In this document: one piece after another, positions 1-12,300 of the stretch | Numbering within the stretch: the stretch's first letter is position 1 | Layout: the number at the start of each line of letters is the position of its first letter | Origin: Macrostomum lignano | Taxonomy: Eukaryota | NCBI GenBank assembly: GCA_002269645.1 | Contig: NIVC01003203.1 | Span: 47,813-111,812, forward strand | Reading direction: 5' to 3' | DNA: 64,000 bases | Translations under genes and position numbers: made by a program | The notes under the pieces: generated by a model | The model's input: only the letters and a program-made list of their open reading frames with translations | What the model was told of the DNA's origin: nothing | Databases searched by the model: none

Positions 1-1890
1 CTGTCAGTGCTTGGCCAGCGCCGTGGCCCGGCTGTACCGCGGCCAGGAGACGCCGCCGCCAAGCCGCTGGGTGCCGCTGGCCACCGGCGTCGTCTGCTTT
101 GTCCGCCGCCCCGGCCATCGATTCGCCGTGCAGTTCTACGACATGGACAACATCCGGCAGGAGCCGGCGCTAGACCAGGACCTCTATCCGGGCATGCAGT
201 ACCACAGCGCCTACGACTTCTTTCATCACTTCGAGGCGGCTAATTGTGTTGTCGGTTTTTGTTTTGCCGACTGCGACACCGGCTTGGACGAGGGGGCTAG
301 GCTGGGCCAGTGCGTCAAGCTGCAGGCACTGAAGATGGGCCCGGCTAGGCAAGTAGCTGAGCCAGCTCTGGCCCCAGCCTCGCGGCCTATTCGCAGCGGC
401 GGTGGCGGCAGCGGGTTTGGTCGGCGGCTGTCTTTGAGGAGGTCGAAGTCGAGTGTGAATGCGGATAGCAAGTTGGTGAGAGCAGATTTTTACTGCGATA
501 ACTGCTTGGTTTAGTGTCTGGAGCTCGCGCTGTTGATTGCCTTCCATAAGAATCGCCCCACCCTCCATAAGAATCGCCCCCACCCTCCATAAGAATCGCC
601 CCTACCCTCCATAAGAATCGCCCCCGCCCTCCATAAGAATCGCCCCCACCCTCCATAAGAATCGCCCCCACCCTCCATAAGAATCGCCCCTACCCTCCAT
701 AAGAATCGCCCCACCCTCCATAAGAATCACCCCACCCTCCATAAGAATCGCCCTACCCTCCATAAGAATCGCCCCACCCTCCATAAGAATCGCCCCACCC
801 TCCATAAAAATCGCCCCTCCATAAGAATCGCCCCACCCTCCATAAGAATCGCCCCCGCCCTCCATAAGAATCGCCCCCGCCCTCCATAAGAATCGCCCCC
901 ACCCTCCATAAGAATCGCCCCCGCCCTCCATAAGAATCGCCCCCACCCTTCATAAGAATCTCCCCACCCTCCATAAGAATCGCCCCCATCCTCCATAAGA
1001 ATCGCCCCCACCCTCCATAAGAATCTCCCCACCCTCCATAAGAATCGCCCCCACCCTCCATAAGAATCGCCCCCACCCTCCATAAGAATCGCCCCCACCC
1101 TCCATAAGAATCGCCCCCGCCCTCCATAAGAATCGCCCCCGCCCTCCATAAGAATCGCCCCCACCCTCCATAATAATCGCCCTCCGCCGTTCCCAGCGCC
1201 ACCATCGGCCAACCTCTGAGGCCACCAGCGCAGCGCCGGCACCGCTGCAGTCCTCTGCAGCCGCTCCGTCAACCGCCACCCCGACGACAGCGTCGGCAGC
1301 GCCCCATTCAGCCGTCCACCATCCGCAGCACCGTCGCCTCACGCGCGGCCGCCTCCGCCGTCAAGACATCGGCGCTCCGCAGAACTTTCGCCACGTGCAG
1401 CACGCCGGAGTCGACACCCTGGCCGACAACGCGGCCAGAATCGACCAGTTCGACTGGCAGTCGGACCCGGTGCTGCGCCAGCTGTTTGGCAGCCTGGACG
1501 CCGACCTGCAAGCGAAGGTGGCGGCCAGTCCGACCGGGCCGCAGGCTCTGAACAAATTCGCTGACAGACACGGCGGCATTCAGAATCTGATGGAGCTGGC
1601 TAAATCACAGGGCTATACTGCTGGCGTGGAGACTGATGCGTCAAAGGTACAGTTCAATGTCAAATCACTTTTGTTTTGTGGAATGTGGGTCATGTGTATC
1701 TTCTCGTTTAAAAAGCAGATGGCTACGTTAGTCAGTTAGTTGATTAGTTAGTTATTTGGTTAGTTAGTTGATTAGTTAGTTAGTTATTTGGTTAGTTAGT
1801 TAGTTAGTTAGTCAGTTAGTTAGTCAGTTAGTTAGTTAGTCAGTTAGTTAGTTAGTTAGTCAGTTAGTTGATTAGTTAGTTAGTTATTTG

Positions 1891-1928
<38 letters not shown>

Positions 1929-2185
1929 CATTTAGTTGATTAGTTAGTTAGTTATTTGGTTAGTTAGTTGATTAGTTAGTTAGTTATTTGGTTAGTTAGT
2001 TGATTAGTTAGTTAGTTAGTTAGTCAGTTAGTTAGTTAGTCAGTTAGTTGGTTAGTTAGTTAGTTAGTTAGTCAGTTAGTTAGTCAGTTAGTTAGTTAGT
2101 TAGTTAGTCAGTTAGTTAGTCAATTATTTATTTGGTTAGTTAGTTAGTTAGTTAGTCATTTAGTTGATTAGTTAGTTAGTCAGTG

Positions 2186-2216
<31 letters not shown>

Positions 2217-2246
2217 CAGTTAGTTGATTAGTTAGTTAGTTATTTG

Positions 2247-2288
<42 letters not shown>

Positions 2289-2377
2289 CATTTAGTTGAT
2301 TAGTTAGTTAGTCAGTGAGTTAGTTAGTTAGTTGGTTAGTTCGTTAATTAATTAGTTAGTTAGTCAGTTAGTTAGTC

Positions 2378-2408
<31 letters not shown>

Positions 2409-2473
2409 CAGTTAGTTAGTCAATTATTTATTTGGTTAGTTAGTTAGTTAGTTAGTTAGTCAGTGAGTTAGTC

Positions 2474-2508
<35 letters not shown>

Positions 2509-2534
2509 CAGTTAGTTAGTCAATTAGTTATTTG

Positions 2535-2568
<34 letters not shown>

Positions 2569-2573
2569 CAGTG

Positions 2574-2612
<39 letters not shown>

Positions 2613-2793
2613 CAGTTAGTTGATTAGTTAGTTAGTCAGTGAGTTAGTTAGTTAGTTGGTTAGTTCGTTAATTAATTAGTTAGTTAGTCAGTTAGTTAGT
2701 CAGTTAGTTAGTTAGTTAGTTAGTTAGTCAGTTAGTTAGTCAATTATTTATTTGGTTAGTTAGTTAGTTAGTTAGTTAGTCAGTGAGTTAGTC

Positions 2794-2824
<31 letters not shown>

Positions 2825-2850
2825 CAGTTAGTTAGTCAATTAGTTATTTG

Positions 2851-2884
<34 letters not shown>

Positions 2885-2889
2885 CAGTG

Positions 2890-2920
<31 letters not shown>

Positions 2921-2950
2921 CAGTTAGTTGATTAGTTAGTTAGTTATTTG

Positions 2951-2988
<38 letters not shown>

Positions 2989-3245
2989 CATTTAGTTGAT
3001 TAGTTAGTTAGTTATTTGGTTAGTTAGTTGATTAGTTAGTTAGTTATTTGGTTAGTTAGTTGATTAGTTAGTTAGTTAGTTAGTCAGTTAGTTAGTTAGT
3101 CAGTTAGTTGGTTAGTTAGTTAGTTAGTTAGTCAGTTAGTTAGTCAGTTAGTTAGTTAGTTAGTTAGTCAGTTAGTTAGTCAATTATTTATTTGGTTAGT
3201 TAGTTAGTTAGTTAGTCATTTAGTTGATTAGTTAGTTAGTCAGTG

Positions 3246-3276
<31 letters not shown>

Positions 3277-3306
3277 CAGTTAGTTGATTAGTTAGTTAGT
3301 TATTTG

Positions 3307-3344
<38 letters not shown>

Positions 3345-3525
3345 CATTTAGTTGATTAGTTAGTTAGTCAGTGAGTTAGTTAGTTAGTTGGTTAGTTCGT
3401 TAATTAATTAGTTAGTTAGTCAGTTAGTTAGTCAGTTAGTTAGTTAGTTAGTTAGTTAGTCAGTTAGTTAGTCAATTATTTATTTGGTTAGTTAGTTAGT
3501 TAGTTAGTTAGTCAGTGAGTTAGTC

Positions 3526-3560
<35 letters not shown>

Positions 3561-3586
3561 CAGTTAGTTAGTCAATTAGTTATTTG

Positions 3587-3620
<34 letters not shown>

Positions 3621-3625
3621 CAGTG

Positions 3626-3656
<31 letters not shown>

Positions 3657-3685
3657 CAGTTAGTTGATTAGTTAGTTAGTCAGTG

Positions 3686-3728
<43 letters not shown>

Positions 3729-4142
3729 CAGTTAGTTAGTCAGTTAGTTAGTTAGTCAGTTAGTTGGTTAGTTAGTTAGTTAGTTAGTCAGTTAGTTAGT
3801 CAGTTAGTTAGTTAGTTAGTTAGTCAGTTAGTTAGTCAATTATTTATTTGGTTAGTTAGTTAGTTAGTTAGTCATTTAGTTGATTAGTTAGTTAGTCAGT
3901 GAGTTAGTTAGTTAGTCAGTTAGTTGATTAGTTAGTTAGTTATTTGGTTAGTTAGTTGATTAGTTAGTTAGTTATTTGGTTAGTTAGTTGATTAGTTAGT
4001 TAGTTAGTTAGTCAGTTAGTTAGTTAGTCAGTTAGTTGGTTAGTTAGTTAGTTAGTTAGTCAGTTAGTTAGTCAGTTAGTTGATTAGTTAGTTAGTTAGT
4101 TAGTCAGTTAGTTAGTCAGTTAGTTAGTTAGTTAGTTAGTTG

Positions 4143-4177
<35 letters not shown>

Positions 4178-4302
4178 GATTAGTTAGTTAGTTATTTGGT
4201 TAGTTAGTTAGTCAGTTAGTTAGTCAGTTAGTTAGTCAGTTAGTTAGTCAGTTAGTTATTTGGTTAGTTAGTTAGTCAGTTAGTTAGTCAGTTAGTTATT
4301 TG

Positions 4303-4343
<41 letters not shown>

Positions 4344-4529
4344 CTATTTAGTTAGTCAGTTAGTTATTTAGTTAGTTAGTCAGTTAGTTATTTAGTTAGT
4401 TAGTTGGTTAGTTCGTTAATTAATTAGTTAGTTAGTCAGTTAGTTAGTCAGTTAGTTAGTTAGTTAGTTAGTTAGTCAGTTAGTTAGTCAATTATTTATT
4501 TGGTTAGTTAGTTAGTTAGTTAGTTAGTC

Positions 4530-4564
<35 letters not shown>

Positions 4565-4625
4565 CAGTTAGTTAGTCAATTAGTTATTTGGTTAGTTAGT
4601 TAGTTAGTTAGTTAGTTAGTCAGTG

Positions 4626-4668
<43 letters not shown>

Positions 4669-5445
4669 CAGTTAGTTGATTAGTTAGTTAGTCAGTGAGT
4701 TAGTTAGTTAGTTAGTCAGTTAGTTAGTCAGTTAGTTAGTTAGTCAGTTAGTTGGTTAGTTAGTTAGTTAGTTAGTCAGTTAGTTAGTCAGTTAGTTAGT
4801 TAGTTAGTTAGTCAGTTAGTTAGTCAATTATTTATTTGGTTAGTTAGTTAGTTAGTTAGTCATTTAGTTGATTAGTTAGTTAGTCAGTGAGTTAGTTAGT
4901 TAGTCAGTTAGTTGATTAGTTAGTTAGTTATTTGGTTAGTTAGTTGATTAGTTAGTTAGTTATTTGGTTAGTTAGTTGATTAGTTAGTTAGTTAGTTAGT
5001 CAGTTAGTTAGTTAGTCAGTTAGTTGGTTAGTTAGTTAGTTAGTTAGTCAGTTAGTTAGTCAGTTAGTTGATTAGTTAGTTAGTTAGTTAGTCAGTTAGT
5101 TAGTCAGTTAGTTAGTTAGTTAGTTAGTCAGTTAGTTAGTCAGTTAGTTGGTTAGTTAGTTAGTTAGTTAGTCAGTTAGTTAGTCAGTTAGTTAGTTAGT
5201 TAGTTAGTCAGTTAGTTGATTAGTTAGTTAGTTATTTGGTTAGTTAGTTAGTTAGTTAGTTAGTCATTTAGTTGATTAGTTAGTTAGTCAGTGAGTTAGT
5301 TAGTTAGTTGGTTAGTTCGTTAATTAATTAGTTAGTTAGTCAGTTAGTTAGTCAGTTAGTTAGTTAGTTAGTTAGTTAGTCAGTTAGTTAGTCAATTATT
5401 TATTTGGTTAGTTAGTTAGTTAGTTAGTTAGTCAGTGAGTTAGTC

Positions 5446-5480
<35 letters not shown>

Positions 5481-5506
5481 CAGTTAGTTAGTCAATTAGT
5501 TATTTG

Positions 5507-5540
<34 letters not shown>

Positions 5541-5545
5541 CAGTG

Positions 5546-5584
<39 letters not shown>

Positions 5585-5613
5585 CAGTTAGTTGATTAGT
5601 TAGTTAGTCAGTG

Positions 5614-5650
<37 letters not shown>

Positions 5651-5743
5651 CTCAGTTAGTTGGTTAGTTAGTTAATTAGTTAGTTAGTTAGTTAGTTAGT
5701 CAGTCAGTTAGTTAGTCAGTTAGTTGGTTAGTTAGTTAATTAA

Positions 5744-5774
<31 letters not shown>

Positions 5775-5793
5775 ATTAGTTAGTTAGTTAGTC

Positions 5794-5824
<31 letters not shown>

Positions 5825-5874
5825 CAGTTAGTTAGTTAGTTAGTTAGTTAGTTGATTAGTTAGTTAGTTATTTG

Positions 5875-5916
<42 letters not shown>

Positions 5917-6070
5917 CAGTTAGTTAGTTAGTTAGTTAGTTAGTTGATTAGTTAGTTAGTTATTTGGTTAGTTAGTTAGTCAGTTAGTTAGTCAGTTAGT
6001 TAGTCAGTTAGTTAGTCAGTTAGTTATTTGGTTAGTTAGTTAGTCAGTTAGTTAGTCAGTTAGTTATTTG

Positions 6071-6111
<41 letters not shown>

Positions 6112-6209
6112 CTATTTAGTTAGTCAGTTAGTTATTTAGTTAGTTAGTCAGTTAGTTAGTTAGTCAGTTAGTTAGTTAGTTAGTTGGTTAGTGAGTTAGT
6201 TAGTTAGTC

Positions 6210-6249
<40 letters not shown>

Positions 6250-6270
6250 GATTAGTTAGTTAGTTATTTG

Positions 6271-6336
<66 letters not shown>

Positions 6337-6386
6337 CAGTTAGTTAGTTAGTTAGTTAGTCAGTTAGTTAGTCAGTTAGTTATTTG

Positions 6387-6427
<41 letters not shown>

Positions 6428-7065
6428 CTATTTAGTTAGTCAGTTAGTTATTTAGTTAGTTAGTCAGTTAGTTATTTGGTTAGTTAGTCAGTTAGTTAGT
6501 TAGTTAGTTAGTTAGTCATTTAGTTGATTAGTTAGTTAGTCAGTGAGTTAGTTAGTTAGTTAGTTAGTCAGTTAGTCAGTTAGTTGGTTGGTCTCGAGTC
6601 GAACGCGTTACCGCTATGCTACTCAACCCCATTGAATCCCTCTTGCCTCTTTCAGGTCCTGGCGGCGGCGCCGCCAAAACCGGCGCCCGAGAAGCCGCGC
6701 CGTCCGCGCCCGCCGCCTCCGCCTGTGCCGAGCGTTCCGCCGCTGCTGCCTTCGAATTCGACGAGCGCCGTCTCCGCTCCGGCCGCGCCAGCGCCTCCCC
6801 CGCCCCACCACCGCCCCCACCACCGCCCCCACCCCCGGCTCCTCCACCGCCGCCGAAGCCGCAGGTTCCGCTGGGCCTAATTGGCAAGCCGAGGCGGCCT
6901 TCGGTTCCTGCCGTCGCTCCCAGCAACTCGCTGGCTGCCGATCTGGAGAAATACCTGATCGGTGTGTACCAGGGCACGCACGGTACTTGTGCGGGCTGCC
7001 GCCGGACCGACTACTCCAGTGACGATGACGACTGCGCCAGTTCTGACGAATGGGACAGCGACTGA
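1..7065 (+). CDS. WASP: WASP/N-WASP-family actin nucleation-promoting factor, 5'-partial; exons <1..475, 1197..1646, 6656..7065 (frame problem in last exon)
   Basis: Exon 1 CQCLASAVARLY...GVVCFVR...FFHHFEAANCVVGFCFAD matches the WH1/EVH1 domain. Exon 2 has the basic stretch RRLTRGRLRRQ followed by CRIB DIGAPQNFRHVQHAG. The last exon has poly-Pro, an amphipathic C helix (NSLAADLEKYL) and an acidic tail SSDDDD..DEWDSD with the Arp2/3-binding Trp. Donors GTGAG 476 and GTACAG 1647; acceptors CCCAG 1196 and TTCAG 6655. Confidence 0.88.
541..1182. repeat. 22-bp minisatellite (CCCTCCATAAGAATCGCCCCCA)n, about 29 copies, in WASP intron 1
   Basis: Directly visible tandem units; source of the spurious GAILMEGG/GDSYGG ORFs. 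Confidence 0.97.
1727..6589. repeat. About 4.9-kb (TTAG)n satellite with variant units (TCAG, TTGG, TGAG, TTAT) filling WASP intron 2
   Basis: Directly visible; recurrent marker blocks such as CAATTATTTATTTGG and TTCGTTAATTAATT indicate higher-order duplication. Confidence 0.99.
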
Positions 7066-7189
7066 TCTGATTGAATCTCTGCACCAGCGGTCTGGCCAAT
7101 GTGCTGACTACTTATCAAGTAGTATCTTTAGAAATTTTAGTGCTTTATTTACCATTGGGAATGATTGTCGGATCGATTCCTCCTATGGG

Positions 7190-8708
7190 GAAATCCCCCT
7201 AGGGAATTCTTAATGCCAGAAATCTCTCTTAGAGGATTCTAAATGCCAGAAATCTCCCTTAGGGGATTCTAAATGCCAGAAATCTCCCTAGGGGATTCTA
7301 AATGCCAGAAATCTCCCTAGGGGATTCTAAATGCCAGAAATCTCCCTAGGGGATTCTAAATGCCAGAAATCTCCCTAGGGGATTCTAAATGCCAGAAATC
7401 CCCCTAGGGAATTCTTAATGCCAGAAATCTCTCTTAGAGGATTCTAAATGCCAGAAATCTCCCTAGGGGATTCTAAATGCCAGAAATCTCCCTTAGGGGA
7501 TTCTAAATTCCAGAAATCTCCCTTAGGGGATTCTAAATGCCAGAAATCTCCCTAGGGGATTCTAAATGCCAGAAATCTCCCTAGGGGATTCTAAATGCCA
7601 GAAATCTCCCTAGGGGATTCTAAATGCCAGAAATCTCCCTAGGGGATTCTAAATGCCAGAAATCTCCCTAGGGGATTCTAAATGCCAGAAATCTCCCTAG
7701 GGGATTCTAAATGCCAGAAATCTCTCTTAGAGGATTCTAAATGCCAGAAATCTCCCGAGGGGATTCTAAATTCCAGAAATCTCCCTTAGGGGATTCTAAA
7801 TGCCAGAAATTTCCCTAGGGGATTCTAAATGCCAGAAATCTCCCTTAGGGGATTCTAAATGCCAGAAATCTCCCTAGGGGATTCTAAATGCCAGATATCT
7901 CCCTAGGGGATTCTAAATGCCAGAAATCTCCCTAGGGGATTCTAAATGCCAGAAATCTCCCTTAGGGGATTCTAAATGCCAGAAATCTCCCTAGGGGATT
8001 CTAAATGCCAGAAATCTCCCTAGGGGATTCTAAATGCCAGAAATCTCCCTAGGGGATTCTAAATGCCAGAAATCTCCCTAGGGGATTCTAAATGCCAGAA
8101 ATCTCCCTAGGGGATTCTAAATGCCAGAAATCTCCCTTAGAGGATTCTAAATGCCAGAAATCTCCCTAGGGGATTCTAAATTCCAGAAATCTCCCTTAGG
8201 GGATTCTAAATGCCAGAAATCTCTCTTAGAGCATTCTAAATGCCAGAAATCTCCCTAGGGGATTCTAAATGCCAGAAATCTCTCTTAGAGGATTCTAAAT
8301 GCCAGAAATCTCCCTAGGGGATTCTAAATGCCAGAAATCTCCCTTAGGGGATTCTAAATTCCAGAAATCTCCCTTAGGGGATTCTAAATGCCAGAAATCT
8401 CCCTAGGGGATTCTAAATGCCAGAAATCTCCCTTAGGGGATTCTAAATGCCAGAAATCTCCCTAGGGGATTCTAAATGCCAGAAATCTCCCTAGGGGATT
8501 CTAAATGCCAGAAATCTTCCTAGGGGATTCTAAATGCCAGAAATCTCCCCTATCGAATATAAATGTCAGAAATCTCCCCTATGGGATTCTAAATTCCAAA
8601 AATCTTCCCTATCGAATCTAAATGCCAGAAATCTCCCCTATGGGATTCTTAATGCCAAAAATCTTCCCTATCGAATCTAAATGCCAGAAATCTATCTAGG
8701 GATTCTAA
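7190..8708. repeat. 29-30-bp satellite (GGGGATTCTAAATGCCAGAAATCTCCCTA)n, about 50 copies, downstream of WASP
   Basis: Directly visible tandem units; unit junction forms the imperfect palindrome AATCTCCCTAGGGGATT. Confidence 0.97.
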
Positions 8709-9367
8709 ACTTTTTTACGGGTTTGAATCAATGTGAGTCTTATTATTTCAGTATCTGGCTTGGTTTTGCAAAGAGAATAAAAAAGTTTTATTCAAGAAAC
8801 GTTTTTAACTGAATATTTTATGTATGCAACTGAATGTCATATTTAATGAATAATGACTGGCTGCTGCTGCTTGCCCGAGGTGCTGAGTCTCGAATGCGTG
8901 CCAATAATCGCATATTCTGCCCTATCGATATGCTATCTGAAATTTTCCAGTATTTCTGCGCCAAATTTTTACACTAGATATTTTTGCTACCGATTTGCAT
9001 GCCCCTTTTTACTACTCATCGATTGTCAGTAGTATTAAAAAGAATTTACATTTTTGTCTTTCTTTATTACTATACAATAAAACTCTTATGGGAAAATTAT
9101 TGACTCAAACATTGTGCAATAGCTTTTTGAGTTACTATTTTGCGTTGCATGATTAAAAATGATTTATAAACGAGTCTGAATAAATATATAAGCAACTTTT
9201 TTCTCAGTATTTGAACGACATTGAAGTATAGAAATCCTTCTAAAAGTGTCGTCTTGTTTTCAATTTTATTTAGTTTATCTAATGGTTGCAATTTTTGTTT
9301 TTAGCCTTAGGTGAATCTCAATGATCGTTTTTTGTATTTGACGCTTGGTTAAAAGCAATTTTTGCGG

Positions 9368-12300
9368 TCAATGTTCTGCATCATCTCTGTCAGCCTCCTG
9401 TTCTTCTGTTTCGGCATTGACCGACTCGCCCTCTACTAGACGGTTTGTCTCGTCGAATAGCTGACTCTCGATGGTTCTGATCTCGTCCTCGGATAGGCCT
9501 TGTGCAAAAGTATGGATGAAATATTAGAGCGAAATATTATAGAGCCTCTATCTCTCCCAACCCTTTGATGAGCCGCTATCTCTCCCATCCCCTTTGATGA
9601 GCCGCTATCTCTACCAACCCTTTGATGAGCCGCTATCTCTACCAATCCTTTGATGAGCCGCTATCTCTACCATCCCCTTTGATGAGCCGCTATCTCTCCC
9701 AACCCTTTGATGAGCCGCTATCTCTACCAGCCCTTTGATGAGCTGCTATCTCTCCCAACCCTTTGATGAGCCGCTATCTCTACCAGCCCTTTGATGAGCT
9801 GCTATCTCTACCATCCCCTTTGATGAGCTGCTATCTCTCCCAACCCTTTGATGAGCCGCTATCTCTACCAGCCCTTTGATGAGCTGCTATCTCTACCAGC
9901 CCTTTGATGAGATATGATATCTCCCGGCCCTTTGATGAGATATGATGATATCTCCCAGACCGCTCACCCAGCCAGTTGTCCATCCACGCGGCCGCCTGCC
10001 TGTGGGCATGCAGCAACAGCTGTTGGACGAGGCGGTCCTGCACGTAGGCCTCCACCCGAGTCTGCAGGCCCCACACCGGGAAGGCGGCTCTCACCAGCTT
10101 GTAGCAGCAGTGCAGCGGCCTGGCGCGGCTCTGCCATCCGGGCAGAAGCGGCAGGCGCCCAGTTGGCGAGGTCAGCTGCGACACATCCTTTGAAGTTTTT
10201 TCAGTATTGGATAGGATATAATGGAGATTCTCCGAGCTGAATATTATGCCTACAACTTGGGTGGCGCGTATCAAGCGCCAAATAATGCTTAGCATTATCA
10301 TTTCGTAAAAACAACTTTGTAGAAACATGATTTCCAGTAGCATGTTCCTGAATGCTCAATGAACTTGTGAGGGCACCTCGGACAAAACACCTAGATATAG
10401 GGAAATTGGGAATTCAGCGCTAAAAAAACTGAAAACTTCCTATCTCGCCAATGCAATGTTTTATATAATATGCGGCTTAGGGTCAACGAAATGAAAAGCA
10501 TTGCTTTTATCAATCGAAGTTAAAAATGATATACGAATTTTATATATTGACCGTACTTTAAACTTGAGTGCAGATGCTGCATGCAGGATGCAAATTCACT
10601 TTTTTATCGGCTAAGATTGACTGCATTTTATTAATCTAATTAATAGTTCGAACACACAGAAATAAAAGCAGCAGTTATAAAAACCGTTTAGATAACGCAT
10701 TCCAAAATTATGATGAATGATTATTATTACATTTACATTTAATTAGGCCTAATCACAGAAAAAGGCACACGCGTGAACAACCAAAGTAGGAAGGCCACTA
10801 CACTCGCCAGTTGTGCCAGTTGTGCATTGGTACAATCCAGGAGCTTTTCCAGTTTTAAGCTAAGTGATTCCCAGTTTTCTCGAGTGCAATCTCTAAATGG
10901 GTTTTGCAGAGCTTTGCTTTCTGCACACTGGGAAGAAATCTGGCTAGAAGTTTCTCTGGAACAAAACTCTGAAACACGGGTCTTCAGTATCGTCTGTAGT
11001 CTCTAATCTCATGTACTCTAGTATTCTATTGTAGTACTCTAGTACTCTATTGTAGTACTCCAGTACTCTAGTACTCTATTGTAGTACTCCAGTACTCTAG
11101 TACTCTATTTTAGTACTCCAGTACTCTAGTACTCTATTGTAGTACTCCAGTACTCTATTGTAGTACTTCAGTACTCTATTGTAGTACTCCAGTACTCTAG
11201 TACTCGATTGTAGTACTCCAGTACTCTAGTACTCTAGTATTCTAGTACCCTATTGTTTGCTTAATTTGCAATTTGAAGTCCAGAAGGTGACATATTTTTA
11301 ATTCAGTGCTAAAGAAACTGAAAACTCCCTGTCTCGCTTATGCTTTTTTGGCGGCAAAAACCGACCTTCATTAAAAACCAAACAATATGCATGCGAATAT
11401 GCTTCGATTGCGGAAAGTCAGGCACAAAATTTATCGACCATCAGTGGGGCAGTCTTAACACAATGTGCTTCAAGCTGTCCAACAGCGAGCTCAAACTCTC
11501 GGCCAAACGCGGACAGTCCGTAGTGAACTCGCCAGAGTAGCTGGCCAACAGACGCTCGCTGTCGGCGCCGCCCTCCGTGACAAACTGAGTCCAGCTGCCG
11601 CCATCGACAGAGTAAATCAGGCCGGCCTTGTAGGGCGAGCCGCGCCGGGTGTACAGAAACCACACGTAGCAACAGGTGGCTCGGCAGCCTTCGATTTCGG
11701 CGAATTCGACCTCCTGAGTTGCTGTCACTCCGTCAGCGTCAGCCTCGGAGTTGTACACCAGGCCGCCGGCGTCCGGAGTTGTTGACGGGCTGCTGTTGAA
11801 CGGGCTATCCGTCCAGAACCTTCTTGACTCCTCCTCGGCTAGGAAGCACAAAGGAGAGGTCCGCCGCTGCTGCCGCTGCTCAATACGCGACAAACAAGAC
11901 GAGTCGCCGACAAAAGTCTGCTGGGCAGCGGCGGCTGCTGCATGACTGTCATCCGATAGCCGACCGCATGACTCTGCCTTGCAAATTGGCTAATTATATT
12001 TATATAATCCCACCTCTGCCACGGGGTGGAGGTGCTGAGAGTACCCGCGTACGCTAAATTACATGTAGATTATGCACAAATTGATATAATAAATTAAATC
12101 ACAACTTCTGAATGGACTATATAGTATAGCTTGTAATAAATAGGTCTATTTTTAGAATTTCTTCGTGTAGGGCACGTGTGTTCGGGTGCACCTGGCGGTA
12201 GTCAAACGCAGCGCAGTGTACGCGGACCAGCTGATCAACACTTATACTCGTAGCTGGGGGCAAAGCACGCCACAGCCAACTAGACAGATAGAAAGCAGGT

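Noticed and set aside
387-1342. Several minus-strand ORFs with GAILMEGG/GDSYGG repeats
   Set aside because: Translations of the 22-bp intronic minisatellite.
1727-6589. Telomere or chromosome end
   Set aside because: The unit is TTAG rather than TTAGG/TTAGGG, and it is flanked on both sides by exons of one gene.
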